Shown: positions 39,797 to 53,880 of the stretch, in pieces
How the letters are laid out: every line of letters begins with the position of its first letter
Position numbering within the stretch: position 1 is the first letter of the stretch
From: an uncultured Verrucomicrobiae bacterium
GTDB lineage: Bacteria > Verrucomicrobiota > Verrucomicrobiia > Limisphaerales > JAFGQR01
DNA: 64,000 bases
Reading direction: 5' to 3'
NCBI GenBank assembly: GCA_963788655.1
Contig: CAWBHS010000072.1
Span: forward strand, 256,001 to 320,000
Position numbers and translations under genes: made by a program
The notes under the pieces: model-generated
What the model was told of the DNA's origin: nothing
What the model saw: the letters and a program-made list of their open reading frames with translations, nothing else
The model's database searches: none

Positions 39797-40565
39797 TGCT
39801 GGCCTTTTCACTGACGGGAGTCGCGCCGTCCAACTTCGCATGGATCGTTGCCGCAGGGCTGGTCATCCGTGGCGTTTGTACGGTGCCGGGGTGTTCATCA
39901 CTGGCGATCAAGCCGTCGCGAATGCGAATAATTCGGCGGGCTTGGCGGGCGATCTCCTCTTCGTGCGTGACGACCAGGATCGTGTTGCCCTTGCGCGACA
40001 GTGCTTCGAACAGTTCCATGATTTCCACACCGGTACGGGAGTCGAGATTGCCGGTCGGTTCGTCGGCCAGCAGGAGGGACGGATTGTTCACCAACGCCCG
40101 CGCGACGGCCACGCGCTGGCGCTGGCCGCCGGACAACTCATTCGGCTTGTGATGGACGCGGTCGCTCAAGCCCACGTGATCCAACGCGGCCAGTGCAATT
40201 TCCCGGCGCTCGTCCACCGGCAGGCCGGCATAAATCAACGGCAGTTCCACGTTGTGCAAGGCGTGCGAACGCGGCAGCAGATTGAACGTTTGGAAGACAA
40301 AACCGATTTCGCGATTGCGAATTTCCGCCAGTTCATTGTCGTCCATGTCGCTCACGTCGGTGCCATTCAATTCGTAGGAACCGGAAGAGGGCGTATCCAG
40401 ACAGCCAATGAGATTCATGAGCGTGGACTTGCCGGAACCGCTGGGACCCATGATGGCCACGTAATCGCCGCGTTGGATTTCGATCGACACCTCCCTCAGG
40501 GCATGAACCGTCTCCGCGCCCATTTGGTAACGCCGCGAAATGTTTTGCAATCGGATCAGGCTCAC
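39780..40565 (-). CDS. ABC transporter ATP-binding protein (MacB/LolD-like)
   Basis: [39 protein letters not shown]. Confidence 0.95.
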   Translation of the reverse strand: MSLIRLQNISRRYQMGAETVHALREVSIEIQRGDYVAIMGPSGSGKSTLMNLIGCLDTPSSGSYELNGTDVSDMDDNELAEIRNREIGFVFQTFNLLPRSHALHNVELPLIYAGLPVDERREIALAALDHVGLSDRVHHKPNELSGGQRQRVAVARALVNNPSLLLADEPTGNLDSRTGVEIMELFEALSRKGNTILVVTHEEEIARQARRIIRIRDGLIASDEHPGTVQTPRMTSPAATIHAKLDGATPVSEKASNEPVG

Positions 40566-40592
40566 AACAGTCAGGCCGCGATGCCGCGCGGG

Positions 40593-41924
40593 CTATTTCT
40601 TCTCCTTCTCTTTTTCCGGAGTCCCCTTCTTGATTTTCTTGCCGTCCTCCAAGTCGCGGTTGATGGCTTTGTAACCGCCGGACACCACCTCTTGTCCTTC
40701 CTCCAATCCGCTGGTGATTTCCACGTAATAGTCGTCGCTGATGCCGCGTTTGACCGGCACCATCTTGGCGTGATCGCCCTCGACCACAAACACCACTTCG
40801 ATGGGCTTGGGCGGTTCGTCGGGTTTGGTTGTTTCGGTCTGGTTCGTGGAGGCAATCTGGTTCGTTGCCGGCGCATTGGTCGCCGCGGTCGCCGGGGCTT
40901 GGTCCTTCTTTTCGCCCTTCGGTTGCTTCGGCAGCCGGGTGGTCACGCATTGGATGGGAACGGTCAGAACATTGGTTCGGTGGCGAGTTTCAATTTCGGC
41001 GGTCACCGACATTCCGGGCCGGAATTCCTCCTTCTCACTAATCCGGATTTTCACTTCGAACTTGGTGGCTTCCTGGCTGGAGGAATTACCGCTCCCGGTC
41101 AAACCCTTGGCCGCGTTGGCGATTTCGGTCACGGTGCCGGAGAACTTGCAGTCGCGGAAGGCATCGACTTCGAGGTGCGCCGGCTGCCCCAATTCAACCA
41201 GCACGATGTCGATCTCGCCGATGTCCACTCGGGCCTCCATCTCATTGAGGTTGGCGATGGTCATGATCTCCGTGCCAGCCATCAGCGACGTGCCGACCAC
41301 GCGTTCGCCTTGCTGCGAACGCAACCGGGTGACCGTGCCGTCCATCGGCGCCACAATGGTAGTTTTTTCGAGATCATCCGCGGCACGCGCCACTGCGGCC
41401 TTGGCCTGTTCCGCCAGGTAAATGCTGCTCTCGTGGGAGGCTTTGGCGACTTCGTACGTGGTCTTGGCTGCGAGGAAATCCGAATCGGACACCAGTTCGT
41501 TCTTAAACAATTCCTGGCTGCGTTTGAATTCCAGTTCCGCCTTGTGCAGGTTCGCCTCCGCCAGGCTCTTGCCGGCCAGCGCGGACTGATAGTTGGCTTG
41601 GGCGGAGTTGACGCTGGCCTGGTAATTGTCCCGTTTGATCCGGACGAGCACGTCTCCCTTCTTGACCACTTGGCCTTCCTGCACCGGCAGGTCAACGATC
41701 TCGCCGCTGACCTCGGGATTGATCACCACTTGCACCACGGGCTGGATTTTTCCGTTGGCGACGACCATTTCGGTGAGATTGCGGCGCTGGACCTTCTCGG
41801 TCTGGACGGTGATGAATACTTCCTTCTTGCGCAAGACCGACGCCAGTGAGAGTCCGGCAACGACCAGCAGGATGGTCGTCCAAACAATCCATTTGCGGCG
41901 CCGTGTATGTTTTGGTTTGGCCAT
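40593..41924 (-). CDS. Efflux periplasmic adaptor subunit (MacA/HlyD family)
   Basis: N-terminal TM helix, EVSGEI..L.V.EG..V.KGD lipoyl motif, alpha hairpin, APMDGTV, RPGMSVTAEI. Confidence 0.92.
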   Translation of the reverse strand: MAKPKHTRRRKWIVWTTILLVVAGLSLASVLRKKEVFITVQTEKVQRRNLTEMVVANGKIQPVVQVVINPEVSGEIVDLPVQEGQVVKKGDVLVRIKRDNYQASVNSAQANYQSALAGKSLAEANLHKAELEFKRSQELFKNELVSDSDFLAAKTTYEVAKASHESSIYLAEQAKAAVARAADDLEKTTIVAPMDGTVTRLRSQQGERVVGTSLMAGTEIMTIANLNEMEARVDIGEIDIVLVELGQPAHLEVDAFRDCKFSGTVTEIANAAKGLTGSGNSSSQEATKFEVKIRISEKEEFRPGMSVTAEIETRHRTNVLTVPIQCVTTRLPKQPKGEKKDQAPATAATNAPATNQIASTNQTETTKPDEPPKPIEVVFVVEGDHAKMVPVKRGISDDYYVEITSGLEEGQEVVSGGYKAINRDLEDGKKIKKGTPEKEKEKK

Positions 41925-42051
41925 GATTCTTGAACTTTAAAACACTGTGCCGTTCTTATGTTTCAGCAATTCAGCAGCGAAGATGATCTTGCACTCGTCA
42001 CGAAAACTTAGGCAATTACACCCATTTCGCGGCTTTGTAAGGCGAACCGAC

Positions 42052-42825
42052 TCACATTCCCGACGGTGCTCCCTGAATCCAAATCAGTCCCAGCCCGAAT
42101 ACCATCCAGGGCACAAACAACCATAGGAAGGAGTGGAATAGAACAATTCGACTCAAGCGGGACAACCCGATTGCCAGCACGACAATGTACCAAATGGTCA
42201 TGACGTTGAAGACGGACAAGACCTGGAAGAGTCGGTCGGTCGCTTCGACATGCGGCAGCAACATCGCCGGACTGGGGGATGCGTACAAGTTTCCGGTCGC
42301 GGCAATCAGCAGCGTCTTCACCACTGTGCCCAATGTTCCCACCAAACCGGCCAATCCGCACATCTCCAGCGTCTTGCCGAAACCCATCTCCGCGCGGAAC
42401 ACCCACCGGCCCAGCAGCCACACCAGCAGCGTGATAAGAAATAAACCGGCTAGACTCACGACCACGGCTCCGGCAATGGCAAAGATCTTCATGACAATCG
42501 GGCGCGAAAACATTTCGACGACCGATCGGGCTTGTTCCCGCTGGTCCGGCGGCATTTGTTCCAGGCGCTTCTCGGTGGCCTGCACTTGCTGTTCGCGAAT
42601 CTGTTGCCAAATAGATTCCTGCGAAAACAGCACCAAGACGGAACCCGTCGCCACCAGGCAGGCCAACGCCAACGGCACCAGCCAGTTGGCGACAGCCATC
42701 CGATGATGCCTAAGTTCTTCGAAAACGTCGCTGGGCATGACGAAGACATTCATCATCCGTGCCCACAACGAACTGCCACGGCCCGAGACGGGCTCTGAAG
42801 GTAAGGGCGGCGGTTCAAATTCCAT
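42052..42825 (-). CDS. Yip1 family membrane protein (YknW-like)
   Basis: N.F..P...FE.L, W..PL, five hydrophobic segments; first gene of the ABC/MFP operon. Confidence 0.8.
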   Translation of the reverse strand: MEFEPPPLPSEPVSGRGSSLWARMMNVFVMPSDVFEELRHHRMAVANWLVPLALACLVATGSVLVLFSQESIWQQIREQQVQATEKRLEQMPPDQREQARSVVEMFSRPIVMKIFAIAGAVVVSLAGLFLITLLVWLLGRWVFRAEMGFGKTLEMCGLAGLVGTLGTVVKTLLIAATGNLYASPSPAMLLPHVEATDRLFQVLSVFNVMTIWYIVVLAIGLSRLSRIVLFHSFLWLFVPWMVFGLGLIWIQGAPSGM

Positions 42826-43030
42826 ACACAGTTGCACAAAGTTTAGACGTTAGTGAATCTAAAGCCTCACGTCTGGCTGGAAAAGCAATAATCCCAAAAC
42901 TCCACCTCGGGCTCCTCCAAAAGCTGGCAGCCATGGTCCGGCCCTGGCAAACATCACCATCCAGAATCCGACGCCCGATGAAGCCGCGCAAAACCGATGT
43001 TTGGAACCTTCTGCTCTCGAATTTTGGATT

Positions 43031-43168
43031 TAGCCCGGACATTCCACATGCCGCTTGAACTGCTGACACGCTGTGGCCGCCGACGGGAGGAGGCGGAACA
43101 TGATCAGATTCGTCGGGTCCGCCTCGTCACGTCGGCGGCTACGGCGAGGATGTAAAATATCCAGGTTA
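43031..43168. repeat. Family C REP doublet with outer inverted repeat
   Basis: tagcccggacattccacatg ... gccgccgacgggaggaggcgga / tccgcctcgtcacgtcggcggctac ... gatgtaaaatatccaggtta. Confidence 0.8.
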
Positions 43169-43281
43169 ATTCTCTTTCCTGCCGCGCCAGCTAACCGGGC
43201 GGCCATTTGACTTCCCTAATTATTTGTATTTACTTCGGATGCTGGACCGACGCAGGATGTCGCAAAGAGAAAGGCAATATT

Positions 43282-43584
43282 ATGGAAAGCACGTCGAACG
43301 AAATTACTACTGAAAAACTTCAACACGATCTCAAAGCTCTGGTGCGCGATGCCGAAGACCTGCTGAAAGCAGGGGCAGGAGAACTCACGGACAAAGGCAA
43401 GGAGGCGCGAGCCAAACTGGCGACCGCGGTGGAATCAGCCAAAGAAACCTGCCACCAGTTTGAGGCGCGGGCCCTCGAAAGCGCCAAAGCCACCGACAAA
43501 GTGATTCGGGAACATCCGTACGAATCCATCGGCATTTCCTTTTGCTTGGGCCTGCTCATTGGGGTGTTGGTCAACCGCCGGTAA
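43282..43584 (+). CDS. DUF883 / ElaB-YqjD family protein
   Basis: DLK.LV.DAE.LL, D..IREHPYESIGI...LGLLIG.L..RR C-terminal anchor. Confidence 0.92.
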   Translation: MESTSNEITTEKLQHDLKALVRDAEDLLKAGAGELTDKGKEARAKLATAVESAKETCHQFEARALESAKATDKVIREHPYESIGISFCLGLLIGVLVNRR

Positions 43585-43970
43585 TGAGTGACGAGGAAAC
43601 CAAACGCACCAAGGTCATCGAGTCTTTGCGCCGGCTGCTCGACAGTTTGCTGGCGGCCATCGAGACCCGGTTGGAGTTGTTTGGCGTTGAGTTCAAAGTC
43701 GAAAAATACCGGCTCATTGAACTGTTGTTTTTGACCGCCGTCGCCGTCTGCTTCGGCATGATGGCGGTGGTCTTGTTTGCCATCACCCTGGTGTTGCTGG
43801 TGCCGGAGGAATACCGCATTCACGTGGTGGCCGGCGTTTGCCTGGTGTCAGCCTTCGGGACACTGGGAAGCGTCTTGCGATTGCGTGCCCGTTTGAAGAA
43901 TCCCCCGCCTTTCGCGGACACCCTGGCACAACTCAAAAAGGATCGCGAATGGTTTACCAGCAAGAAATAG
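43584..43970 (+). CDS. YqjE-like (phage holin 3_6 family) membrane protein
   Basis: TRLELF.VE...EK, two TM helices, PF..TL.QL.KDRE; TAATG overlap with DUF883. Confidence 0.85.
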   Translation: MSDEETKRTKVIESLRRLLDSLLAAIETRLELFGVEFKVEKYRLIELLFLTAVAVCFGMMAVVLFAITLVLLVPEEYRIHVVAGVCLVSAFGTLGSVLRLRARLKNPPPFADTLAQLKKDREWFTSKK

Positions 43971-44266
43971 CCGCGCTTGAACGGCAACGGCAGCTTTTGG
44001 TGGCCCAGAGTGAGATCCATCGCGTGATTTTGGCGCTCCGTTGGAAGCGGGTGGAAACCCAATCGCGTCAGAGCCTTCACCTCCTGGCCTGGGTACGGAA
44101 GTCGTATCGCGTGCTGCTGCCGGGCGTTTTTCTCGCTGGCGTGGTCCTGACCCGCAAGAAATTTCCCTTCCGCAAAGTGTTCATGAAGTTGTTGGTCGGT
44201 TGGACGTTGCTGCGCCGTGCTTTGCCGTTGTGGCGATTGTTCCGAGTTTTCACTGCTCATCGCTAA
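43949..44266 (+). CDS. YqjK-like small protein
   Basis: LE.QRQLL.AQSE..R..L; third position in an elaB/yqjD-yqjE-yqjK arrangement. Confidence 0.6.
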   Translation: MVYQQEIAALERQRQLLVAQSEIHRVILALRWKRVETQSRQSLHLLAWVRKSYRVLLPGVFLAGVVLTRKKFPFRKVFMKLLVGWTLLRRALPLWRLFRVFTAHR

Positions 44267-44294
44267 GCTTTTAATTCAACCCCGGATGAATTCT

Positions 44295-44567
44295 ATGAAA
44301 AGTGGTAGCAAAATAAAACAAACCTTCTCCTTCCAGGCGCCCGACGCCATGAGCGTCTTGCTGGTCGGAGATTTCACCCAGTGGCAGGAAAAGCCCGTTC
44401 CGCTCAAAAAGGCCAAGCGCGGCGTGTGGCAGACCACGGTTTCCTTGGAACCCGGCACCCACCACTATCGGTTCATGGTAGATGGTGAGTGGCGGGATGA
44501 TCCCGAGTGTGCCGTCCACGTGGAGAATCCCTACGGAGGCAGGGACGCCGTGCGCGTCGTCGGTTAG
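44295..44567 (+). CDS. Glycogen-binding (AMPK1_CBM / isoamylase early-set) domain protein
   Basis: F.FQAPDA.SV.LVGDF..W, G.W...V.LEPG.HHYRF.VDGEWRDDP, NPYGG. Confidence 0.88.
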   Translation: MKSGSKIKQTFSFQAPDAMSVLLVGDFTQWQEKPVPLKKAKRGVWQTTVSLEPGTHHYRFMVDGEWRDDPECAVHVENPYGGRDAVRVVG

Positions 44568-44655
44568 AGCCAGCCGGTCGGCTCCGCCGCGGCGGAGCGA
44601 ACGAGCAGCGCCGACGAGCGTCCCGCCCCGACCGGCGCACGCCTCCAGTCCACTG

Positions 44656-44762
44656 ACAGCGGGCGCAAGTTCAACACACTCCAAACGCTGCCGCGACGTT
44701 TGCGCCGACGCTGCTGAGCTTCGCGCCAGCGTTTGAAGTGCGTCCGGCTCGCCGGCGCTTTC
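44656..44762. repeat. REP doublet, family G (arms in the opposite arrangement)
   Basis: agcgggcgcaagttcaacacactccaaacgctgccgcga / tcgcgccagcgtttgaagtgcgtccggctcgccggcgcttt. Confidence 0.75.
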
Positions 44763-44841
44763 AGGCAAGCGGCAGGGGCATTTTGTTCCTTGAATCGCGA
44801 TTACGGTGTCAGCCCGCACGGGACCGACGAGCATTCCACTT

Positions 44842-46641
44842 TCAAAACGGCCAAAATTTTGGGATGAAATAAATCGCCAATCCGCCAAACAAAATGTTCA
44901 ACGGAATCCCGACTTTCATAAAATCCACAAACCGATAGCCTCCGGCGCTGTACACCATGGTGTTGGTTTGATAGCCCACCGGCGTGGCAAAACAGGTGGA
45001 CGCCGCAAAAGTGACCGCCATCAGAAACGGTTTGGGATCGAGTCCCAATTTCACGGCCGACGAAATGGCAATGGGCGCGATAAGCACCGCTGCGGCATTG
45101 TTGCTCATAACGGAAGTAAACAGCGCTGCCAGCACATAAAACATCCCCAGCACTGCCGAGGGGCCCAACCAGCCCACCAAATCCAGGGCGTCCTTGGCAA
45201 ACAGTTCAGCCGCGCCTGTCTGTTTCAGCGTCTCGCCCAGCGGCAAAATGCCCGCCAGCAGGAAAATTACCCGCCAATCCACTGCTTCATACGCCTGATC
45301 GAGCGTTATACAGCGGCTCAATATCATCGCCAGGCAGCCCAGGATCGCACTCATCAATACCGGCATGATTTGCGTGGACGCCAGCGCGACCACCCCGGCG
45401 ATGATGGCAAAAGCAAGGAACGCTTTGCGGTTCTCCATGGGCGGCGATTGACGTTCCTGCAACACAATAAAGCTTTCATTGGCACGCATCCGCGGAACGT
45501 CCTCCTTGCGGATCAACAAGAGCAGTGCGTCCCCGAATTGGAGGCGGACGTTCGTGAGCTTGTCGCGCAGCAAATGTCCGTGCCGCTGGAGCGCCAGCAC
45601 AATGGATTCGTAACGCCAGCGGAATCCCAGGTCGGCGATGGTGCGCCCGACCAACCGGGACCGCGGGGCGACCAGCACTTCGAGCAACATCAATTCCTCG
45701 GCGGGCAGCGCGTTGTCTTTCAACTTGGCTTGCGGTTCGATCTCCAACCCGACGGTGCGTTTGAGTTGCATCAGGTTTTCCACCTTGCCCCGCACCAGCA
45801 AAATGTCGTCCGGCTTGATCGGCTCGAAGTGCGGCGACCAGATCTTGTGATGGCCCCGCAGAATTTCCAGGACGGTGACATCCTGCTGTTCGCCCAGTTT
45901 GGTTTCGCGCACCGTTTTGCCGATCAGCGGCGACTTTTCGAGCACCCGCAATTCGGTCAGATACTCCCGCACCTGGTAGGCTTCCGCCAATTGGGCCCGG
46001 CGACGGGCCGGCAGCAACCAGCGGCCAATCAGCAGGAAATAGAGGATGCCGGCCCCCAACAGAATCACGCCCATTCGGCTGAACTCGAACATCGAAAACG
46101 CGCCATAACCCGCATCTTCGGAAATGGAACTGACCAGCAAATTGGCGGACGTGCCGATCAAGGTGCAAACGCCGCCGAACTGCGACGCAAACGAGAGCGG
46201 GATTAACAACCGCGACGCGGATACCTTGTATTTGGCGCAAACGGCCAGCACCACCGGCATGAACACCGCCACTGCGGCCGTGTTATTCACAAACGCCGAA
46301 ACCACGCCCACCGTCAGCATCACCACGAAGAGGAGCACTGTGTGAATGCGACCCAGGCGGGCAAAACCGCGTGCGACCACGTCCATGCCCCCGGCTTTTT
46401 GGAAGCCGGCGCTCAACACAAACATGGCCGCCACGGTCAGCACCGCCGGATTGCTGAAACCTCCAATCGTTTGCTCCAGCGTGATCCAGCGGTGGGGATC
46501 GATCCACGCGTAATGCCCGGCCAGCCATACCACCAGCAACGCGGCCAGCACCAGCATGGATACCATGTCCACCGGATACTTCTCGGTGACGAACAGGAGC
46601 ACCGCCGCCACAAGAATGATGATGACCAGCGCAATTTCCAC
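44842..46641 (-). CDS. SLC13/DASS family permease with two TrkA-C (RCK-C) domains
   Basis: GFSNPAV, SAFVNNTAAV, GGVCTLIGTS.NL, SPLIGKT, FATPVGYQTN, GGYRFVDF.KVG. Confidence 0.92.
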   Translation of the reverse strand: MEIALVIIILVAAVLLFVTEKYPVDMVSMLVLAALLVVWLAGHYAWIDPHRWITLEQTIGGFSNPAVLTVAAMFVLSAGFQKAGGMDVVARGFARLGRIHTVLLFVVMLTVGVVSAFVNNTAAVAVFMPVVLAVCAKYKVSASRLLIPLSFASQFGGVCTLIGTSANLLVSSISEDAGYGAFSMFEFSRMGVILLGAGILYFLLIGRWLLPARRRAQLAEAYQVREYLTELRVLEKSPLIGKTVRETKLGEQQDVTVLEILRGHHKIWSPHFEPIKPDDILLVRGKVENLMQLKRTVGLEIEPQAKLKDNALPAEELMLLEVLVAPRSRLVGRTIADLGFRWRYESIVLALQRHGHLLRDKLTNVRLQFGDALLLLIRKEDVPRMRANESFIVLQERQSPPMENRKAFLAFAIIAGVVALASTQIMPVLMSAILGCLAMILSRCITLDQAYEAVDWRVIFLLAGILPLGETLKQTGAAELFAKDALDLVGWLGPSAVLGMFYVLAALFTSVMSNNAAAVLIAPIAISSAVKLGLDPKPFLMAVTFAASTCFATPVGYQTNTMVYSAGGYRFVDFMKVGIPLNILFGGLAIYFIPKFWPF

Positions 46642-46745
46642 GGTGGCAGTTTAACGGTCCAAAACATCCTTACCACCCCGTTTTGGAATTTATGCAGATT
46701 ATGTATTCATTGCATAAGGCGGATCGTTAGTGTCAAATTAGGGCG

Positions 46746-48399
46746 ATGCAACTGTTGTCCGCAGTCATCGAAAGGATCAGTTGGACCGGCTTGGCCATTC
46801 TGCATGCCGGGTCCGTGCCCATGGTCAGTGCGGCTGCTGGTGGCAACTCGCCGGCCGCGGATTCGGGCCCCGCTTCGCCAGGGGGCTTGGCGAAACTATT
46901 GCGCTACGTGGAACACAGTTTGAGCCAACATGTGGGGACAGTATTGAACCACAAACTGCTCTGGGGCATCACGCCCTTCCAGATCATCCTCAGTGTCGCC
47001 CTGCTCATCGGAGTGGCGTTGGCCTGGCGATTGGGCCGCCGGCTCTTCGAACTTTGGGTGAGCAAAAAACAACCCCAACTGGACCGCCCCGCATCGCCGG
47101 AAACTGAGCGCGTAAATTGGATCAAGTTAATCGAAGACGCTGCGCGGTCCGCCGTTGGCGCTGTTTGTCAAAGTGGTCGCCGGCTACGTCGCTCTGTATC
47201 TGCTCCTGGCTCACTTGCAGACCGACGACGGTAAACCCGCAGTCTTGATCATTCTCGATTGGCTCTGCAAGCTGGGGAGCCTCGGAGCGTTGTTCTGGTT
47301 CCTATTCCGTCTGGTCAACGTGCTCAAAGTGCGTCTGCAACGCTGGACCGAGCACTCCCAAAACAAATGGGACGACGTCATGGCCGTGCTGGTGATTCGC
47401 GCGTTGCGGTTGGTCATTCCGTTGATCGGGGTGCTCCTCGTGGCGCCGGTGCTGAATATTTCACCCGAATCCAATTACTTTTTCAAGCAAGCCGCCAGCC
47501 TGCTCCTCATCCTGGCCATCGGCGTCATCTTTTACCAATTGGTCGATGCCTTGGAAGGGGCTGTACTCCGCCAGTTTCGCACCGACGTTGAGGACAATTT
47601 GGAGGCGCGTAAAATTAATACCCAGGTCAAAGTGTTGAAGAAATTGGCCATCGTGGCGATCGTCATCTTCACCGCTGCTTCGATGCTGATGATGTTCGAA
47701 TCGTTCCGCCGCCTGGGCACCAGCATCATGGCTTCGGCCGGCGTTATTGGCATCGTGGTGGGATTTGCCGCCCAAAAAAGCATCGCCACGGTGGTGGCGG
47801 GTTTCCAGATCGCCATGACCCAACCCATCCGCCTGGACGATGTCGTGATTGTGGAAGGCGAATGGGGCCGGATCGAGGAAATCACGCTCACCTACGTGGT
47901 GGTGCGGATCTGGGACTTGCGCCGCCTGATCCTGCCCATCGGCTACTTCATCGAACATCCCTTTCAAAACTGGACCCGCGTCTCGGCAGACATTTTAGGC
48001 AGCGTTTTCCTGTATCTGGACTACACCGTGCCCTTGCAGGCGGTGCGTGAGGAATTGACCCGCCTCCTCGAACAATCGCCATACTGGGATAAGAAGGTCA
48101 ACGTCGTCCAAGTGACTGATGCCAAAGAGCGCACCATCGAAGTCCGGGCCTTGATGAGTGCGTCCGACAGTTCGCAAGCCTGGAACCTTCGCTGCGAAGT
48201 GCGCGAAAAACTTCTCGATTTCCTCCGACAAAACTATCCCGGCAGCCTTCCGCGACTACGCGCTGAATTGCATCCGCTCCCCGAATTCAAGGACGCAAAC
48301 TCCGACACACCCAAGCGCCTGACGAAGCCGCGGACTACCAACAACCATGCCCCATCCTCCCGTCACAAAAAGCCAACTCGCCGTCGCGCGGCGCGTTGA
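46746..48399 (+). CDS. Small-conductance mechanosensitive channel (MscS family); frameshift ~47150
   Basis: ASAGVIGIVVGFAAQ, QPIRLDDVVIVEGEWGRIEEITLTYVVV.IWD.RRL, PFQNWTR. Confidence 0.88.
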
Positions 48400-48412
48400 T
48401 GCCAATTCAATC

Positions 48413-50436
48413 ATGAAGAAGAATCCATCGCTGATCCAAATCAAAGAAGGCCGCGCCCGCGCCGTCATCGAAGGGGTTTATCCCGAGATCGACGGTGGCC
48501 GGTATCCGATCAAGCGCACGATCGATGAGAAGGTCGTCGTCGAAGCCGATATTTTCGGCGACGGCCATGACTCGCTTTCGGCCATGGTGAAATACCGGCC
48601 TGCCGCCGCGACTTATTGGTCGGAAGTTGCCATGGAATCGTTGGTCAATGACCGCTGGCGGGCGTCCTTCCGGGTCACCGAATTGGGGCAATACTTCTAC
48701 ACCCTGGAGGCCTGGACGGATCATTTCAAGTCCTGGCAGAAGGACTTTAAGAAGAAAGTGGATGCCGGCCAGGACGTGACCGTCGATCTGCTGGCCGGCG
48801 TGCAATTTATCCAGGAGGCCATACAGCGGGCTCCGGAAAGCGACAAACCGGAGCTCGAACGGTGGGTCCGTGAGTTGTCCAGCGGCGACATCGCCACCTT
48901 GGAGCAGCGCATCCAGCACGCGTTGGAGCCGCAACTGGCCGCGTTGATGGACCGGTTCCCGGACCGCCGGTTTGCCACCCGGTATGTGCGCAAACTGGTG
49001 GTCACGGTGGACCCGGTGCTCGCGCGCTACGGCGCCTGGTATGAAATATTTCCCCGCTCCGCCTCGCCCGACCCAAGCCGATCCGGCACGTTCAAAGACT
49101 GCGAAGCGTTGCTGCCGCGGATTGCCGAAATGGGCTTCGATGTGTTGTACCTGCCGCCGATTCATCCCATTGGCCGGGCGTTTCGCAAAGGCAAAAACAA
49201 CAATCCCGTTTGCCAACCCGGCGAACCGGGTAGCCCGTGGGGCATCGGTTCCGAGGAGGGCGGCCATAAAGCCGTCCATCCCGAATTGGGCACGCTTGAG
49301 GATTTCCGACAACTCGTTCAAAAGGCGAAGGAACACCAGCTCACCGTCGCGCTCGACATCGCGTTCCAGTGCTCGCCCGACCATCCTTATGTTCGCGAGC
49401 ATCCGGAGTGGTTTCGCAAGCGGCCGGACGGTTCCATTCAATACGCCGAAAATCCGCCCAAAAAGTACCAGGACATCTTTCCGATCAACTTCGAGTGCGA
49501 GAACTGGCAGGAGTTGTGGCAGGAATTGAAAAGCGTATTTGAGTTTTGGATCGAGCAAGGCGTGCTAGTGTTCCGCGTGGACAATCCGCACACCAAGGCC
49601 CTGCCGTTCTGGGAATGGGCGATTGGCGAACTCAAGCGCGATCGTCCGGAATTGATCTTCCTGGCCGAAGCGTTCACGCGCCCCAAAGTCATGTACAACC
49701 TGGCCAAGATAGGCTACACGCAATCCTACAATTACTTTCCCTGGCGCAACACCAAGTGGGAACTGACCGAGTATTTCACCGAACTAACCCAGACAAGTGT
49801 GCGCGAGTTTTTCCGGCCTAATTTCTGGCCGAACACGCCGGACATCCTGACCCAATACCTCCAATACGGCGGCCGGCCGGCATTCATGGTGCGGTTCATT
49901 CTGGCGGCCACGCTGGGGGCCAGCTACGGCATTTACGGGCCCGCCTTCGAACTGTGCGAGAACAGCCGCGCGAAGGAACACGGCAGCGAGGAGTATTTGA
50001 ATTCGGAGAAATACGAAATCCGGCATTGGGACCGGAACGCGCCGCACAGCCTGCACGAACTCATTGCCAAAGTGAACCGCATCCGCCGCGAGCGATCCGG
50101 CCTTGCACAGCAATGACAATCTGCACTTTCACCCCGTCGATAACGAACAGATCATTGCCTACAGCAAGGCCACGGACGAGCTCGACAATGTGATTCTGAC
50201 GGTCGTGAACCTGGACCCGCACCATGTCCAAAGCGGTTGGGTCAACCTCGACCTTGACCAACTCGACATCGACAGCAAGACGCCTTACCAGGTCCACGAT
50301 CTGTTGACCGGCGCCCGCTATTTGTGGCAGGGCACCGCGCAATTTCGTGGAGTTAAATCCCGCCTTTGTCCCGGCGCACATTTTCCGGGTCCGCCATCAG
50401 GTGCGCTCGGAAAGAGACTTTGACTATTTCATGTAA
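48413..50436 (+). CDS. glgE: Alpha-1,4-glucan:maltose-1-phosphate maltosyltransferase; frameshifts ~50095 and ~50335
   Basis: WYEIFPRS, YLPPIHPIG, QCSPDHP, YAENPPKKYQDI, FRVDNPHTK, LAEAFTRP, PNTPDIL; tail VVNLDP...DFDYFM. Confidence 0.93.
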
Positions 50437-50454
50437 ACCGAAAGGATAACCCGC

Positions 50455-53832
<3,378 letters not shown>

Positions 53833-53880
53833 TCCCGAAGCCGACTGGCGGCGTCGTGTCCGCACGGTCGGCATCATCCA

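Noticed and set aside
39498..41849. 783-aa ORF on the + strand
   Set aside because: Antisense shadow of the well-supported ABC ATPase and adaptor genes; expected in GC-rich DNA
43584..43970. Prophage holin
   Set aside because: The context is the cellular DUF883-YqjE-YqjK cassette; there are no phage genes in the window
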